A stretch of DNA of 64,000 bases from Tubulanus polymorphus (Eukaryota; Animalia; Nemertea). Position numbers and translations under genes: made by a program. The notes beneath the pieces were generated by a model, which saw nothing but the letters and a program-made list of their open reading frames with translations, had not been told where the DNA came from and ran no database searches. The stretch lies in the NCBI RefSeq assembly GCF_964204645.1, contig NC_134033.1:5108231-5172230 (forward strand), read 5' to 3'. Positions 39,160-53,046 of this stretch are shown piece by piece. How positions within the stretch are numbered: the first letter of the stretch is position 1; the number at the start of each line of letters is the position of its first letter.

Positions 39160-39970
39160 CCACTCGGGAAGTTGTTCCGTATGCTCGACATCAATCTAAG
39201 AATTTGAATAGTCACGCCCCCTGTGAACATAGACTGAAACCAAGGACAATAAAACTCACCACAATCATAAAAATGTGATTAGCTATGATTGTGTAATTTA
39301 TCGTGGAAAAAATGCACAGGTATCAATATAATATGGAACACTAAAGTCAGCTATTCAACGCCCCTGGCCTGGTGACCATATACAAAACCAATGACCTTGA
39401 TGCTCACCACAATTAGAATTATGTCTTAAGCTACCACTTCGAAATTGATTGCTTTGTTACAAAAATACACAGGTACCAATATAAATAGACAAATTGTATT
39501 AATTCAATCTTCAACTCCCTCAAGTGGCAAGAACAAATAATTGGGTGGTCCCAATTCTATGTGAATTTCTTTTTCAACCTACGAATTGGGGATGCCAGTA
39601 AGATGGCCGTAAAATGCTTGATAAATGACTGATCGCAAAACCCATCTGATATGATAAAGATCACCTTCCAAAGAATACCCATCACAAATTGCATTGAAAA
39701 ATGGCAAACCATTCGGAAGCTAAAGGTCTTTAAACTTCAAGCAAAAATTGACCCTGTGTACACTAAAAAAAAAGTTAAACAGAACAGCCATCTTGATTCT
39801 GATCGACCCAACTTTTCTCATGCTGATGAACCATTGGGGATATAAATACGTATTTATGATTTTAGATACACTAATGTACTGAGTATGTAGGCGGCCGGCC
39901 TGGTTAACTTTTAAGTCAAGCAGAAATGAGGAACAAGATATCAATTTTTTTCTAGCCTAACATGGCTTTT
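39160..39970 (+). mobile_element. Family A element copy (a partial copy also lies at 44580-44810)
   Basis: Shares tattcaacgcccc...ctcaccacaat units and ttccaaagaatacccatcacaaattgca with 46705-47995. Confidence 0.7.
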
Positions 39971-41257
39971 GGTGGATCACCTGTTGTGCTTACATGGTAA
40001 GAATTCCGAGTACAGAACAGCCACAGAGATTTCACCGCGTCGTAGCAATAATGCGACCTATACTTTCGGCAAGCCAAACTAGTTTGAAACGAAACCCAAC
40101 TCTAATCTGGCGTTGTCAATCTTAGGAGCGGTGTGCGGTGGACGGTTCGCTTCGCTGGATGAACGTCGATGTTTCTAGTTAGCTGGACTATCGTAACTAA
40201 TAGTTGAATACAGCTACGACTACCTCGGTCTAACTCATTTCAATAACAGTGTCGGCCATCTTAGAACTAGGACCGAACTACAGCGATCCGTTTAGTTGCT
40301 TGGTTCTTCACACTTTTTTAATTCATTTGCTTTACCTTACCATCGGGTTTTCCAAGAATAATCCGATTTAACCTAACGACGGGACTCTTTACTGTTCACG
40401 GTGTCATTTTGGAGGAAAATCGCGACTTGATTCCCAGTTTGCTACTGCATAGGCTTGACGGCCAATGTAACTGAAATCTCAATACACGCGCTGCATCACT
40501 ACCTGAAATAACTTAATTCAAACATAGTCTGAAATTCTCTGACGATCAAAAATATGTATGTATTTGGAAAGATATTCGCTTACATTTCGAGCTACCTTAA
40601 TCTCATGAAAATTAATATTCATTCGTAATCTATACGCGTAGTTTCGCAAGAAACTAATGATGAAACTAAATTCGTCGACCGGTTACTTTTAAACAGTAAT
40701 ACTTTACGCGCAGGTGTCAACCGATCTAGTCAGCTAACAAGTAAAAATACCAGTTAGTGAGCTTCCAGGCTCTGCACAATCTGACGTAACGAAATAATGA
40801 TATAGTCGATCGAATATAGTACGGTGTTAATCCTGAATCGCCGAGTATTTCGGAGCGATGCAGAGTCCATTTTTTGGAGTGGACGGAGTGGCTCGGTGCG
40901 GGCGTGCGACGTTACCTCAAAACTAGCCGAATCGTCTACCGTCTTCAACCTTCGATCTTACGATAGATTTCGGGCTTGTAACCTCGGGTGCACAGCGGCC
41001 TGGCTGGCTTTGTAGTAAGCTTACCTATATTTCGTGAGCCGCGCTCCCTCTAGTAGTAACGTGTCTGTTTTTTCGAAGCATATCCATGCTTTTCCGACTG
41101 GCCAACGACGTCGATGTCGTCGTCGTCCTACTTTGGTGGTCACTGTGCTGACAGTCGAATCGTCCGACAACTCTATCGCGCACAAGATTCTTCGTTCCCG
41201 AGTAGATTCGATTCATTTTACGGCAACTCCGAACTAGCGCTTAAACTGGTATGCGAG

Positions 41258-43915
41258 ATGTTGGTTCTGAACGATCTGTTTCGTGATTTTCGCGTCTGGA
41301 GTCGAAATGGAACATCGTCGTTACGTCACGGTAACTATTGGCAGGAGCATTTCGCTATGACAGTTTATATGATTTTCTATCTGTTCATCTTCATCGTGGT
41401 CGGATTTTTCGGAAATCTTCTTGTAAGTACAATATCTGAATCCAGTTTGACAGTCGTGCGTATTCAATTTAAAACTGCATTTGCGAGTCTTCAATCTTAG
41501 TCAAGTCTGGACCAAGATCCACAGTTGTGTGGGTTTAGTTTAACTCTGAACCCTTCATCAGTGTGGATTTTATTTGACTCTGAACTCAGTTCCACGGTTA
41601 TGTGGATTTTATTTGACTCTGAACTCAGTTCCACAGTTGTGTTGGTTTAATTTGATTCTGAACCCAGTTCCACAGTAGTGAAGGTTTAATATGATTAAAG
41701 ATCACCTTCCACAGTTGTGTTGGTTTAATTTGACTCTGAACCCAGTTCAACAATTGTGTGGGTTTAGTTAAACTCTGAACCCTTCAACAGTAATGTGGAT
41801 TTTATTTGACTCTGTGAACTCAGTTCCACAGTTGTGTGGGTTTAATTTGACTCTGAACCCAGTTAAACAATTGTGTGGGTTTAATTTGACTGTGAACGCA
41901 GTTCCATAATACTTGTCACCAAAAATCTTACTCATAACGTTTTCCCTTTTAACTATGATAAAATTTTTCATTATATGCCATATACGTCTGTACGTAACAT
42001 TTGCATATTATACAAATTATTTCAGATCATAGCAGCCGTAACGACCAATCAGCGTCTCCAGACATCCGGCAACGTGTACATTATCAATTTAGCGATAGCG
42101 GATTTAGGAGTGACGCTACTTGTCGACGGTAACAACATAGCTGGTGAGTTAAATATCATTTTTCACTTTATAGTCACTGATTAATCGACCTTTTTTGTTT
42201 TCACTTTGGGGCCCACGAGTATTTCGTTCGATATATCACAGGGGGATTTATGGGGGGGGGGCTAACAAGGAACGCCGCCCCTATTTTGTCATGATAACAT
42301 AATTGCTTGTTACTTTGTTTTGAGAATCACTCCAAACGCACACAAAATCATCCATTTTCTTACACATATCTCTCGCTCTTCGTGTACCAGTATTACGACT
42401 AGGCCTATGTTTTGGGCCCTTCCTATTCTAAGTACTCTTGGTATTAATACAAACCCGTTTTTCGTTAGATATATTAAAATTGCTGTGTCGCGCACTCAGG
42501 TCATGTTTTGCCATTTTTCGTTCTCAGGGGTTTTGTTCGGTCACAAAATCTACATCGAACTGGAGTTGGAATGGTTGTGCTACCTGTGCGGCTATTTATG
42601 CGGTGTATTCTGCTTCACGTCCGCATTCAGTCTGGCCGCTATTGCGCTGGATAGGTAACTATAGAGATGTCGAGGGTTAACTAATCAAAATTACAGGCCA
42701 GCCACTTGTAAAATCACCGGGAATTCTGATCCCAAAGAATTTGAGGATCCAAGTCCAATTGGTTTTTAGGCATTACAGAGACACTTAACTAATACGGTAA
42801 CGGTGTAATTAAAGATACTTCGGGCGGGTGCCTTCAGCTCATCTCTTTCTTCATTTAGCACCTAGGAATATCTTAACTGAGCCCAAAAAAGGTCTATATC
42901 CGCTGAGCGATGTCACCATGCATTACACCTAAGTTAGTGAAAATTGGATACCCGGTCAATCATACTGTTACGATAAGAAGTGACCGTGGACGCACCAGGT
43001 ATCGAACCCGGGTCACTAACGTGAAAAGCAAGTATGCTAACCAGTAGACCACGAGTACAATTGGCCATTGACTATACAGTCTGTCCTATAAGCGTAACGA
43101 CATCACTAGGCCGTCACTTCCAATTCAGTTTTCCAAATGTGAAAGTAGTCATTCGAGTAAGTAGTTATAGTCATTCACAGTTAGAGTGAAGAGTTTTGCG
43201 AGGTTGACTGTACACGCAATCAGAATAGTTGCAAATGTGCACATTCTTAACTTTTTTTCCTCTCCAATTTTTCCGTAGGTTGTTCTTTTTGTGCCACAAC
43301 AATTTCTACCGCAAGTACTACTCGACGACGACGACCGTTTGCATGTGTTTGGTGATCTGGTCCTGTTCGTTTGTTTTGTGTTTCCCGATGATATTCGGCT
43401 GGTTCAACTGCAGCATCGTGTTCGACGACAAGGTCATGCTGTGTTTCTGGGATCGTCTGGCCGGATTCTGGTGCTCGGTATTCAACATGGGCTGTTTCAT
43501 CCTGCCTATAATCATCGTGTTCGTCGCCTATAGCCGTATATTTCTATTCGTCTGGCGCAGCAAACGCGAATTGAACACGTTTTCCGCACCAGGCTCGGTG
43601 GCTAACAGAATGGGAGGTGGTAAGGCTGACGATACGGCCACCAGACTTGCGAAAACATTCTTCATAATATTCATCATCTTCGTCATCATGTGGCTGCCTT
43701 GGTCGGTGATGAACATCGTCGATATGACAAACCGCTATCCGAAATGGATGGTGCTGATTTTCCTGAATCTAGGTCACGCCAACTCGGCCGTCAACAGCCT
43801 GCTATACGGAGCGACTAACCGAATGTTTCGCGAAGCTTACAAGGATATCTTACTATGCAAATTACTTAACAAGAAACGCAATGTTCGTAAACACAATCCG
43901 AGTACCACAAGATGA
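41258..43915 (+). CDS. Melatonin-receptor-like class A GPCR, paralog B (348 aa, 4 exons)
   Basis: Exons 41258-41422, 42026-42143, 42528-42654, 43279-43915; same structure and motifs as paralog A (ALDRLFFLCH, NSAVNSLLYG). Confidence 0.9.
42988..43058 (-). pseudogene. tRNA-Glu(TTC)-like pseudogene or SINE head, intronic
   Basis: GTGGTCTACTGGTTAG A-box, TTTTCAC anticodon loop, GGTTCGATACC B-box; acceptor stem mispaired. Confidence 0.6.
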
Positions 43916-46704
43916 CGAAAACAGGGGGGTGGATCTAGGGCCCATTTCCTACATCACTGCGGGTCATTTTGTTTTAGAATCACAGTCACGGACTCTAAAA
44001 CTATAGGTCATGCTTTGATGCTCGGTAAGGCGATCCATTTTCAAATATCCATGTTTGTACGTTAATACAGTAAACCTCGCATAGCTGGGACTTTAGAAAC
44101 AATGCAAGCGAAATCAGAGTTAAGAAAACATGTTAAGTAGTCATAAAAATCACTTAATTTTTGTCCAAAGTTCGTTGCGTCCGAGTAAGGCAAGGCTTAC
44201 TTAAGCGAAGAAGGATTTGCCCCCTTATTTAAACTAAGGCTGGATCAGCTCCTAGGACCAACAACAATGTTCCCATCTACTCAGTTCGAATTGCTCAGCG
44301 TTGACTTGAGTCCATAAATGGCCAATACTTGTCTTGATAAGTTCCTCGATTGGCTACGGACTGTGACTGGACAAATAATTTTTTGCTGCAAACGATTAAA
44401 GTCAATTGAAGAATTAAAATTGATGAAGATTTTCAATTACTTTATTGAACACTTGAAGACAAGTTTAGAGACGGTTAGTTTTACACAAATTTCAGAGATT
44501 AGAAATCACAATCGGTGGTAGTTATGAGGTCAAATGTAAAGAAATAGATCGAAAAGAGTTTTCCCAGAAGAAACTATAAGGCATCCAGGGACACCATGCC
44601 CACTCGGTGAAATACCTGACAATCTGGGAATTTCGCTATTCAATCCCTGCTGGTGACGAAAACAGAAACAAACGACCTATAAAAACTCTCTGCAATCATA
44701 TAACGTATCATGATCTTAAACTTTGCGATTGATTTCGGTAACATAAAATATATGTATAGGTACCAATATAAATGATAACACCCACGTTATTTCACTATTC
44801 AACATCCTCTATGGTGGGAACAAGACTTGGTCACCCCGATACCATGTGGTAAGGATATGTGTCCTTTGACAATGCTTAAGACAATAATCGTCAGATATCA
44901 AGAACAAATACAACGATATAAATAGCACTTCATAGGTTAAGGAGTTTATTTGACGCGAGAGCTTTTGCTACATTTTAGTAGCTTCATCAGGCGAATGAGT
45001 GACTCATTCATTCACCCGACGAATCTACTAATCGTAGTATAACTAGTTAACCTACTATTCGTCGGGTTTTATTTATTTTAAACCAGTACGAATCATCAGA
45101 TATTAAGTTAAAATACGTCCACATCCCCTCATAATAAAAAACCACCTTTTCCCCATCGACGAATGAGGACTGATGAGACTGATATGGTTACTGATCGCGT
45201 AAAATTGACAAAATCCTTTCTCGGGATTCCTTTCCATCACAAAGTTCAATGTACGCTGTAAAACACAAACGGCAAAGAAGCATCTCCGGCCACTTTCACG
45301 AACATTTTTAACTAAAATTTCAGGTGTATTCGCTATTGGTTACTGCACGTTATCTATGTCACGAGGACAACAATTCAAACTTAACTGATTTCAGCTTAAA
45401 TCTTTTTATGAAACTGAACCCAGGCCACGGAATTTACACCAAAAATGATATAATTTTTAGGGGGATATATTCAAATACTCAAACAGTCGATGACTCAAAC
45501 GATTCAGTAAAATTCCGATTAGTTACTTATCATGACACCCCATTAACGACTTCACCAATTCAGCAAAATTATCATTACCGGTAGTTAGCTATTACATATT
45601 CCTTGTAGATCAATATCTTCAAGTCATGACCAAGCTTACGACAACAATGGACTCGGCAGTTACACAAATAAACTGATTACAAATTCTATAGCAGTTTACA
45701 AAAGTGACCTGGCCGATTAGGAGAAACAAGGTATCATTTTTGTTTCGCAATGTTTACTAATGATGACCTTATCATCTTCAATAACTTCAATTGACTCAGT
45801 TAAATTATGACGAGATATTTAAATGACAACTTTTGCATTGACAATCACTACAATCACGATAAGTCACTTAGTAGCTATAACCTTTGATTCGTGATTAGCT
45901 ATAATTCGCAAAACCCCGGGAATGTGTCTTGTAAAATACTTTCTATGATTGTTTGGGTTAAAAGCATAGGAGGCAGTTCTAAAAGACCTACTTTCGTCTT
46001 TACTCTTTAACCCTACCCCAACCGTAGAAAGAGTCTATTGTATCTAATGATATGTTTAGCAATACAAATATCTGAATAAAAAAACTTGCATTTCTCTAAA
46101 CTTAAACCGAAATCCCCAGTCCTGACGGGTTTAGCTAAGTATCTAAGACCGTGTCTTAGAAATAAATTATACGCGCACATAGATCGATAAGAATAAATTA
46201 TGTTAATGAGCTAAAATAAGGTGTCTTCTCGGAGATCTACTCTGGGCCATCGCTGTTGAACCGGGCTCCGTTAAAAAAAAAAAACACGTGATCGTGGTAT
46301 TGAGTTAGCCTATGATGGATGACGCCCGCGAGGCTTCAGTCCGCCGTTTCATGATCCGTAGTTTCTTTTCCTAATAAAGCTTTCTGTAAAGAGAAAGGGT
46401 AACATGTCATTAGTTCACAGCCTGAGTGTTAGCTACATTCGAGTCGAGTCAACCTTCCGCAGTCAGTTGCTATTAGAATTTAGCTTTTTTTGGAACAGTG
46501 GCAGATTTAGGGTACCTCGCAATAAGGCAGGAGAAAATTGGAAATTAATAATGTGAAAACTTTTCAAATCTTTTAACAGGGAAAATTAAGTGATTATTTG
46601 CCCCAAACAATTGTTTTCTTAGGGTCCTGAATAGTGTTTCAAATATTCAATTTCGATTTAAATGGACGTGAAACTTTTTGTGAGATAACCCATGGTAATT
46701 CTTT

Positions 46705-47995
46705 AACTAGGGGTCCAGGGACACCATGCCCACTTGGGAAGTGGTTTCAAATGCTCAACAATCTAACAATTTCAATATTCAACGTCCCCTGGTGACCATT
46801 TACAAAAACCAATGACCTTAAAACTCACCACACTCATAGAACATGTCAGCAGCTACGATTTTGTAATTGATTGTGATAACAAAATATGCCTCGTTACCAA
46901 TTTAATATGGAAATACTAAGTTATTCTACTATTCAACGCCCCCTGGTGACCATATTCAAAACCCAATGACCTCGAAACTCACCACAATCATAGAACATGT
47001 CATGAACTACAACTTTGCAATTGATCATGGTAACAAAATATGCCTAGGTACCAATATAATAAGGAAATACTAAGTCATTCTACTATTCAATGCCCCCTGG
47101 TGACCATATTCAAAACCCAATGACCTTGAGACTCACCACAATCATAGAACATGTCATGAACTACAACTTTGCAATTGATCATGGTAACAAAATATGCCTA
47201 GGTACGAATATAATAAAGAAATGCTAAGATATTGTATTATTCAACACCCCCTGGTGGCCATATACGAAATCCAATTACCTTTTTTCCATATACCAACTTT
47301 GCAATTGATTGTGGTTACAAAATATGCATTGATACGAATATAATATAGAAATACGATAAGATATTGCATTATTCAACGCCCCCTCGTGGCCATATACAAA
47401 AACCAATGACCTTGAAACTCACCACAATCATAGAACACGTTATGAGCTACAACTTTCTAAATGATTGTGGTAACAAAATACGCTTAGGTATCAATATAAT
47501 GTGGAAAAACTTTTTCCCACTTACGAATGAGTACTGCTGACACCAAGATGGCCGCCAATTGCGTCATAATTGGCTGATGAAAAATACCTGTCTCAGGTAT
47601 AAAACATCCCTTTCCAAAGAATACCCATCACAAATTGCAATGAGAAATGATAAACCAGTAGGAAGCTACAGGACTCAGAATTTGGGCCAAAATTAACATT
47701 TTAGGGCACTAAAAAGGTCATAGGACGGCCATCTTGAGTCCGATCGACCCAATTTTTCTTATGCTGATGAACCCTGGGGGAATTCACATATATCCGAAAG
47801 ATCAAGGTAATTGATCAACGCGTCTTCAAAATTTCCCTCAAAAAGTTCAAAAATGTGTAAAAAGTGCTCATTTTGGCGAACAACAATGGCTGCCAGTCGG
47901 CCATCTTGAATCTGACAGGGCCAGTTTTTGGGCTGAAAATGTGTCTAGGGTAGATACATGTGTAACCCAAATATCAAGACATTACCTTGAAGCGT
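46705..47995 (+). mobile_element. Family A non-autonomous element with ~135-bp internal tandem repeats (about 5 units), possibly Helitron/Helentron-derived
   Basis: Units tattcaacgccccctggtgaccatat...ctcaccacaatcatagaac; ACTAG at the left end (CTAG on minus). Superfamily is a guess. Confidence 0.7.
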
Positions 47996-48053
47996 GCCTA
48001 TTCTAAAAAAACGTGCCTATTCTAATAATTCGGCCTACCCCTTTCTAAAACTT

Positions 48054-48752
48054 CTAAATCCCAGCTTCCGCAAGATACTTACACGCTAGCTTCGACTTGA
48101 TAAGACTCTTCAACTTCGGCAGATCGGCCCAAGTCTCCAGCCGCAACCGGTCACCGGCGTCGACACGCACGTTAGCCGGCGCCGTAAACACGACGTGTTC
48201 CCAAGACGGCCGCGAACGAACGCCGTGTATATCCATCTTATCGTCGACGAGCACGTCGCCGCCGACGACCGTCTTATCGGTGGTGAGGATAATCCGACGC
48301 AGCCAGTCGCTACCGAAATACTGTTCGATCCACGCGTACTTCTCGGGCGCGCAGTGCTCGTACGACGTCGTCACCGGGCTCGTGCAGATGAACACCTCGA
48401 CGCCGTCCATCGCCGAGAGTTCTTTGACGGCGGCGACCGCGCCGACGATCGGTTCGTTGTTCAAGAAGAACCCCTTCGCGTGCACGACGTCCATGATGCG
48501 GTCGGCGAGGTCGTCGCGCAGCCCGCGGTATTGTTTGTTCACCCAGAAGCCGCGGCGCTCGTCGAGCGGCACGAACGGCTCGTCCGGGTTCGCCGCTCGG
48601 TATGATTCTAACAAGTTCAGCTCGAAATCGGCGAGCACGCCGTCCATGTCGACCAGCACGACCACCTTTTTACGCTCGTGTATCGGCCCGTTGCGGCGTC
48701 TCGTACCGACGTTGTTACGGCTACCATCGTCATTGTTGACACTTGATGACAT
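48054..48752 (-). CDS. NT5C: 5'(3')-deoxyribonucleotidase (NT5C/NT5M family, HAD), intronless
   Basis: VLVDMDGVLADFE (HAD motif I), VFICTSP, EKYAWIEQYFG, IILTTDKTVVGGDVLVDD, PSWEHVVF. Confidence 0.92.
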   Translation of the reverse strand: MSSSVNNDDGSRNNVGTRRRNGPIHERKKVVVLVDMDGVLADFELNLLESYRAANPDEPFVPLDERRGFWVNKQYRGLRDDLADRIMDVVHAKGFFLNNEPIVGAVAAVKELSAMDGVEVFICTSPVTTSYEHCAPEKYAWIEQYFGSDWLRRIILTTDKTVVGGDVLVDDKMDIHGVRSRPSWEHVVFTAPANVRVDAGDRLRLETWADLPKLKSLIKSKLACKYLAEAGI

Positions 48753-49464
48753 GTTCGTTCACGCACATGCGCCAGCGGCCTTTTTCGCGCTGATTTTTTC
48801 TTTTTTTCGAAATACCAGTCAAATCCTAGATAATGAAATAAAGGACAGTAAAACTTCGTTATAGGCTAAAGAAACACCGATTAGAATTCGATCCCAAAAG
48901 TTAAGTTATTCAATGGATTGCACAATTCCTATGACTGACATGCCGATCTGTACATTTACAGATAATGAGGTCATCAGATTCATTATAATTCTAAAATTGA
49001 GTCATTTTACGCTTTACAAGAGGGCACACTACACTATTTACTTATATACGGTAGCCTACTCTGGTAAAGTTAAATTTCTAGTGCAGAGGACAAGACCAAG
49101 GGTCAAAAAGTCAAAATTCCTATCAGCCAGCAGTAATTAGTCAAGTATACAGAGGCTAATTATCATAGGCACTGGACTGGACTGGACTCGGAGTTATTAG
49201 TCATTAGTGGTATATCCATAGGGCCCAACATTCATATCTTTTGTAAAAAAAATCTCATAGACTGGTATTAACTTTACCGGGGGAGGGGGGTAAACTCAAT
49301 TGAAAATGAACTTATTAAGCCCTTGGTAACAGTTAATACCAGTCAATAACACCTGGCCCTGGTATTCAAAAGATATACTACAACTACATTGTTGTCAGGA
49401 CCCAGGAGTGTGGGCTTCACTGCCTTCCTTCAGATCGTATGGAAAATAAACAGCCATGATTTTC

Positions 49465-50299
49465 AAAACGAAGTGGCTACTCGTACGGACCCGTACGAAT
49501 AATTCCGTGGGCTATTCGTACGCACCCGTCGGATAACTGTGGAATTATGTGTACGGGAAGGTATAGGGTTAGGGTAAGGTGAGGCAATATGTAGTTAAAA
49601 CATTAGACTGACTGTCAGCGAGCTCGGTGGTCTAATGGAATGATGCTGCGCTAGTAATTTTCTAGCCCGGGTTCGAGTCTCGCTCGATCCGCTATTTTTC
49701 TCTAACTCTATTATCCACACTTTTCTTGAATTTTCTAAGTCGTGCACCTCTGTACGCATGCGCAGCGTTAATCGGCCAATCAGCTACAGTTATTAGCGTA
49801 CAGATCCAAGTTCCGTACGAATAGCCTCCAGACTAATCCGTACGGGTCGGTACGAGTAGCCACAGGGACTTGTCACGATTGATAATGGATGAGACCAATG
49901 ATGGGGGTACCAGTATCCCTGCTACTGTATAATAAAATAACAATGGTGGCAAAAATACGACCATTTTGCTGTCCACCATAGAATCGGTACACCTCCAATT
50001 TGAGCTATCTCTCGTCCAAAAACGGTGATTTCGTTGTGAGATAATTGTCCTAGGTGGTGGTTAAAGGCTCGTTGGAAGCAGAAAGTCTTCTAGGTTGTAT
50101 TAAAGCTTATTTCATGTGAATCGGTTGAGAATTTTGGAATTACAGTCGATTGAAGTGGAGAAGTCATTGTCAGATTGACAATTTGTTGCCACCCTTGTTT
50201 TTTATATTATACAGGGATAGTGGACCTGGTCATTGATATTGGTTTTATTCATTCACTATCAATTGTGACAAGTCCCTGTGCGAGTAGCCACAGCGTTTT
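49465..50299. mobile_element. MITE with GTGGCTACTCGTACG TIRs, carrying an internal tRNA-like sequence (49617-49695)
   Basis: gtggctactcgtacggacccgtacg inverted against cgtacgggtcggtacgagtagc...cac; internal ggtggtctaatgg and gggttcgagtc boxes. Confidence 0.65.
49861..50280. mobile_element. 420-bp non-autonomous element with CACAGGGACTTGTCAC TIRs and 8-bp TSD (P-element-like), nested in the right TIR of the previous MITE
   Basis: TSD CGAGTAGC at 49853-49860 and 50281-50288; CANRG-type ends. Confidence 0.75.
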
Positions 50300-53046
50300 C
50301 AATTCAAAAATGATAAGCACCAGCTCGGGACATATTTTCGTAAAAACAAATAACAAACGTCCAAGATATTACATTTGATTACTCACCAATTAATGAAGAC
50401 CAGATTTCTCCAGTGAGATCACTAATATTAGGCAATGAATGTGATGCAATCCTCTTCTGAAATTCGATGACATTCGCGTCAACAGTCTTTCAAACATTGA
50501 ATTGAATTGACTTGAATTGAACATTGCGACATCGCTTAGGGAAAAAAAATACACAATGTTTGGATATGGAAGCCGGAGTTAAGGTCGGTTAGTACACAAT
50601 GTTTGATTGCATATGAAGGTTTACCTTACGAAGGAATCCGCATAGAACCCGCTCGCCTAAACTGGCACGGTTGGGACCTTGGTTTTTTCACCAAATTAGG
50701 CGTTTACCGCTATTTCAAGAATCGCGAAGGTCAATCGAAGAAATAGGGAATTTGTTGATCTTGAGGCGATCAAATTGGCCGCGGATTGCTAAACCAGCGC
50801 CGGAGGACCCTGTGAACCCATGAATCCATCGCCTGTGTTTGCTTCCTTTTAAACAATATATCAGACACAATTTCACGTTTCTGATAAACTTTTGAATTCC
50901 GTGCGAAACTTTCCTCCGTTTCTGTTCACTGCTATAATTGCACCGTTGCACGTGGCCGCTTGCTGAAATGAAAACTATGGCCTCTGGTCATCGAGTGATG
51001 ACTACTCCAGTAAGTTTACTGAGTACCAAAAAGCCAAGCAATTATGGACACTATTGCCTGTAATATTGTCTTATGCTGTGTTACTGTACTTTTCAAATCT
51101 AGTATATAAATAGACGGATAACAAGTTTTACAACGGTATCTACAGTTCAAACTATCACTTTCAAACTAAAGACGGTAACTAAATTGAGTTGGGACTATTT
51201 TTGCAGTCTTCGGCATAATGGGGTACCCGCAGTGCTACTGTTGCAATCGAGCATTCCACTTATGGCAGGTGAGAATCCGTCAGGTTTGCTAGTAGATGGT
51301 TGGTCGTCCCCGTTCGATTTCTTCTAAATTTCAATCAAATCTAAATGAACTCTTAAATAAATCAATTATTTATGAAGACTATATCGGTATCTAAGTAGAA
51401 GAATGAGTAGTTTTGTGTATTTGGGGGGTGTTGTGATAATATATGGATTGATGAGTCCAAAAATCCAGTTCTGATCATTGAAAATGAACTAATTGTGACA
51501 ACGGACGAACTACTGATTCACGGATCGTGTTTGCACTAATTCCAAGAGTATGAATCTAAACTTCGTTTTTTTTTCTCTATTCATCTAGAAAAAAACGGGA
51601 TATCCCCTGTCAAAGATGGGTTCTGCCGCGGTCTTGATTCTATTAACAGAAGTTCCGTAGTAAGTCTCAGATAATGCACTCGCGACTGTGTGACGAATGA
51701 TCGATGCCGACCATTATATATGAGGAAAAACCGGACAATGGAATGTGTCATCTGTACTCAGGCTCGTGCCAGAATTTTAGTCCGACTTCACTGCTATTCT
51801 ATAACTACATTCTAAACAGTAAGTACACTTCTCTCTACGTCCAGTCAGATCTTCAATCTTCAAAAAGAACATTTAATCTTGTTCATTAGATTGGTAGATG
51901 TGATTTCATTTTTAATTTATTATGATGCGGCGTACCCTCGCGAACTAATCACACTTGGCCGGAACGAAACAGGGGGTTGGAATTTCTAAATTGGAAATTA
52001 AGCACAAACTACATTTGAATAATCGGTCGAATTTACTGGGTTTTTTTAAAGATCTAAGAACATAATTGGACATTTCAGTTCCGGTTCACACTAACAATCT
52101 ATCAACCAACCTGAATGGTTGGGGTTAGGCCTAACTCGTGTTGGCTGCCCAATCTAAATACATCGAGATTTGGAAATATATATATACAATAAAGGTTGAA
52201 GATCACACTGTCTCTAACCTTCTACATCTTTCAACTATAACCCTCTACATTAATAGCTGTTCCTTTGTACAAAGTTTTCTCTTATCATTGTTGAATCGAT
52301 TGGTCATATTGCATGGCATTCGTAAGACCCCCAATTTTTGAGTACCCATAATTGCAATATTCAAAAGGGTACTTTTTAATTTGTCCTACAAGTATTTGGG
52401 CCATGAGAAACAAGGTTTATTTTAGGCCTAATGTGAAATATTTATTTTCATTGTGTGACAATTATGCCTACCATTACTACTGAACCTACGACTACTACTG
52501 AGCATAGCAACGGCTCATTACGAACCTATTATTTCATCTCAGATATGACACAACTGGCTAGAACTGTGTTAGCGCAATCATAGAAAGTTGATGGCAAAAT
52601 CCATTAAAGAAACTCGTAAAATCATGTTTCTTTCTATCAAGAGAACAAAAAGACAAAACAGACGCTTTTATTCTTATCTGAATCTTATCTTCGGTGAGTG
52701 AGTGACGTTTACGTCTGAATTTCTTGTTTGAAGCCGTTGCAGTCGACGTATTCGGCTTCTATTTGCTGAAAAAGTATCGTAGAATTGCGTTGAATTATTA
52801 CGCAAGTTCGACACGAATGCCTTTCTTACGATAAGGAACAAGTGTGCTTATGAGTAGTAAGAATTTGTGGACATTTAGAATTTTGTTCTACATCGTAATT
52901 TTCTACTTTGTCACAAGGGCCAATATTCCAATATTCTACCTGTTCCTTGTCCCTGCTACAGCCCGATGGACACGACGCAAGGAAACACGGACATATGGAA
53001 TCAAACATAACGTAATAAAACTACGCAATAAATCGCGAGAGACGAA

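Noticed and set aside
42988-43058. Functional tRNA-Glu (also the tRNA-like 49617-49695)
   Set aside because: Acceptor and anticodon stems are mispaired.
48097-48864. 255-aa plus-strand ORF
   Set aside because: Antisense shadow of the GC-rich NT5C coding sequence.
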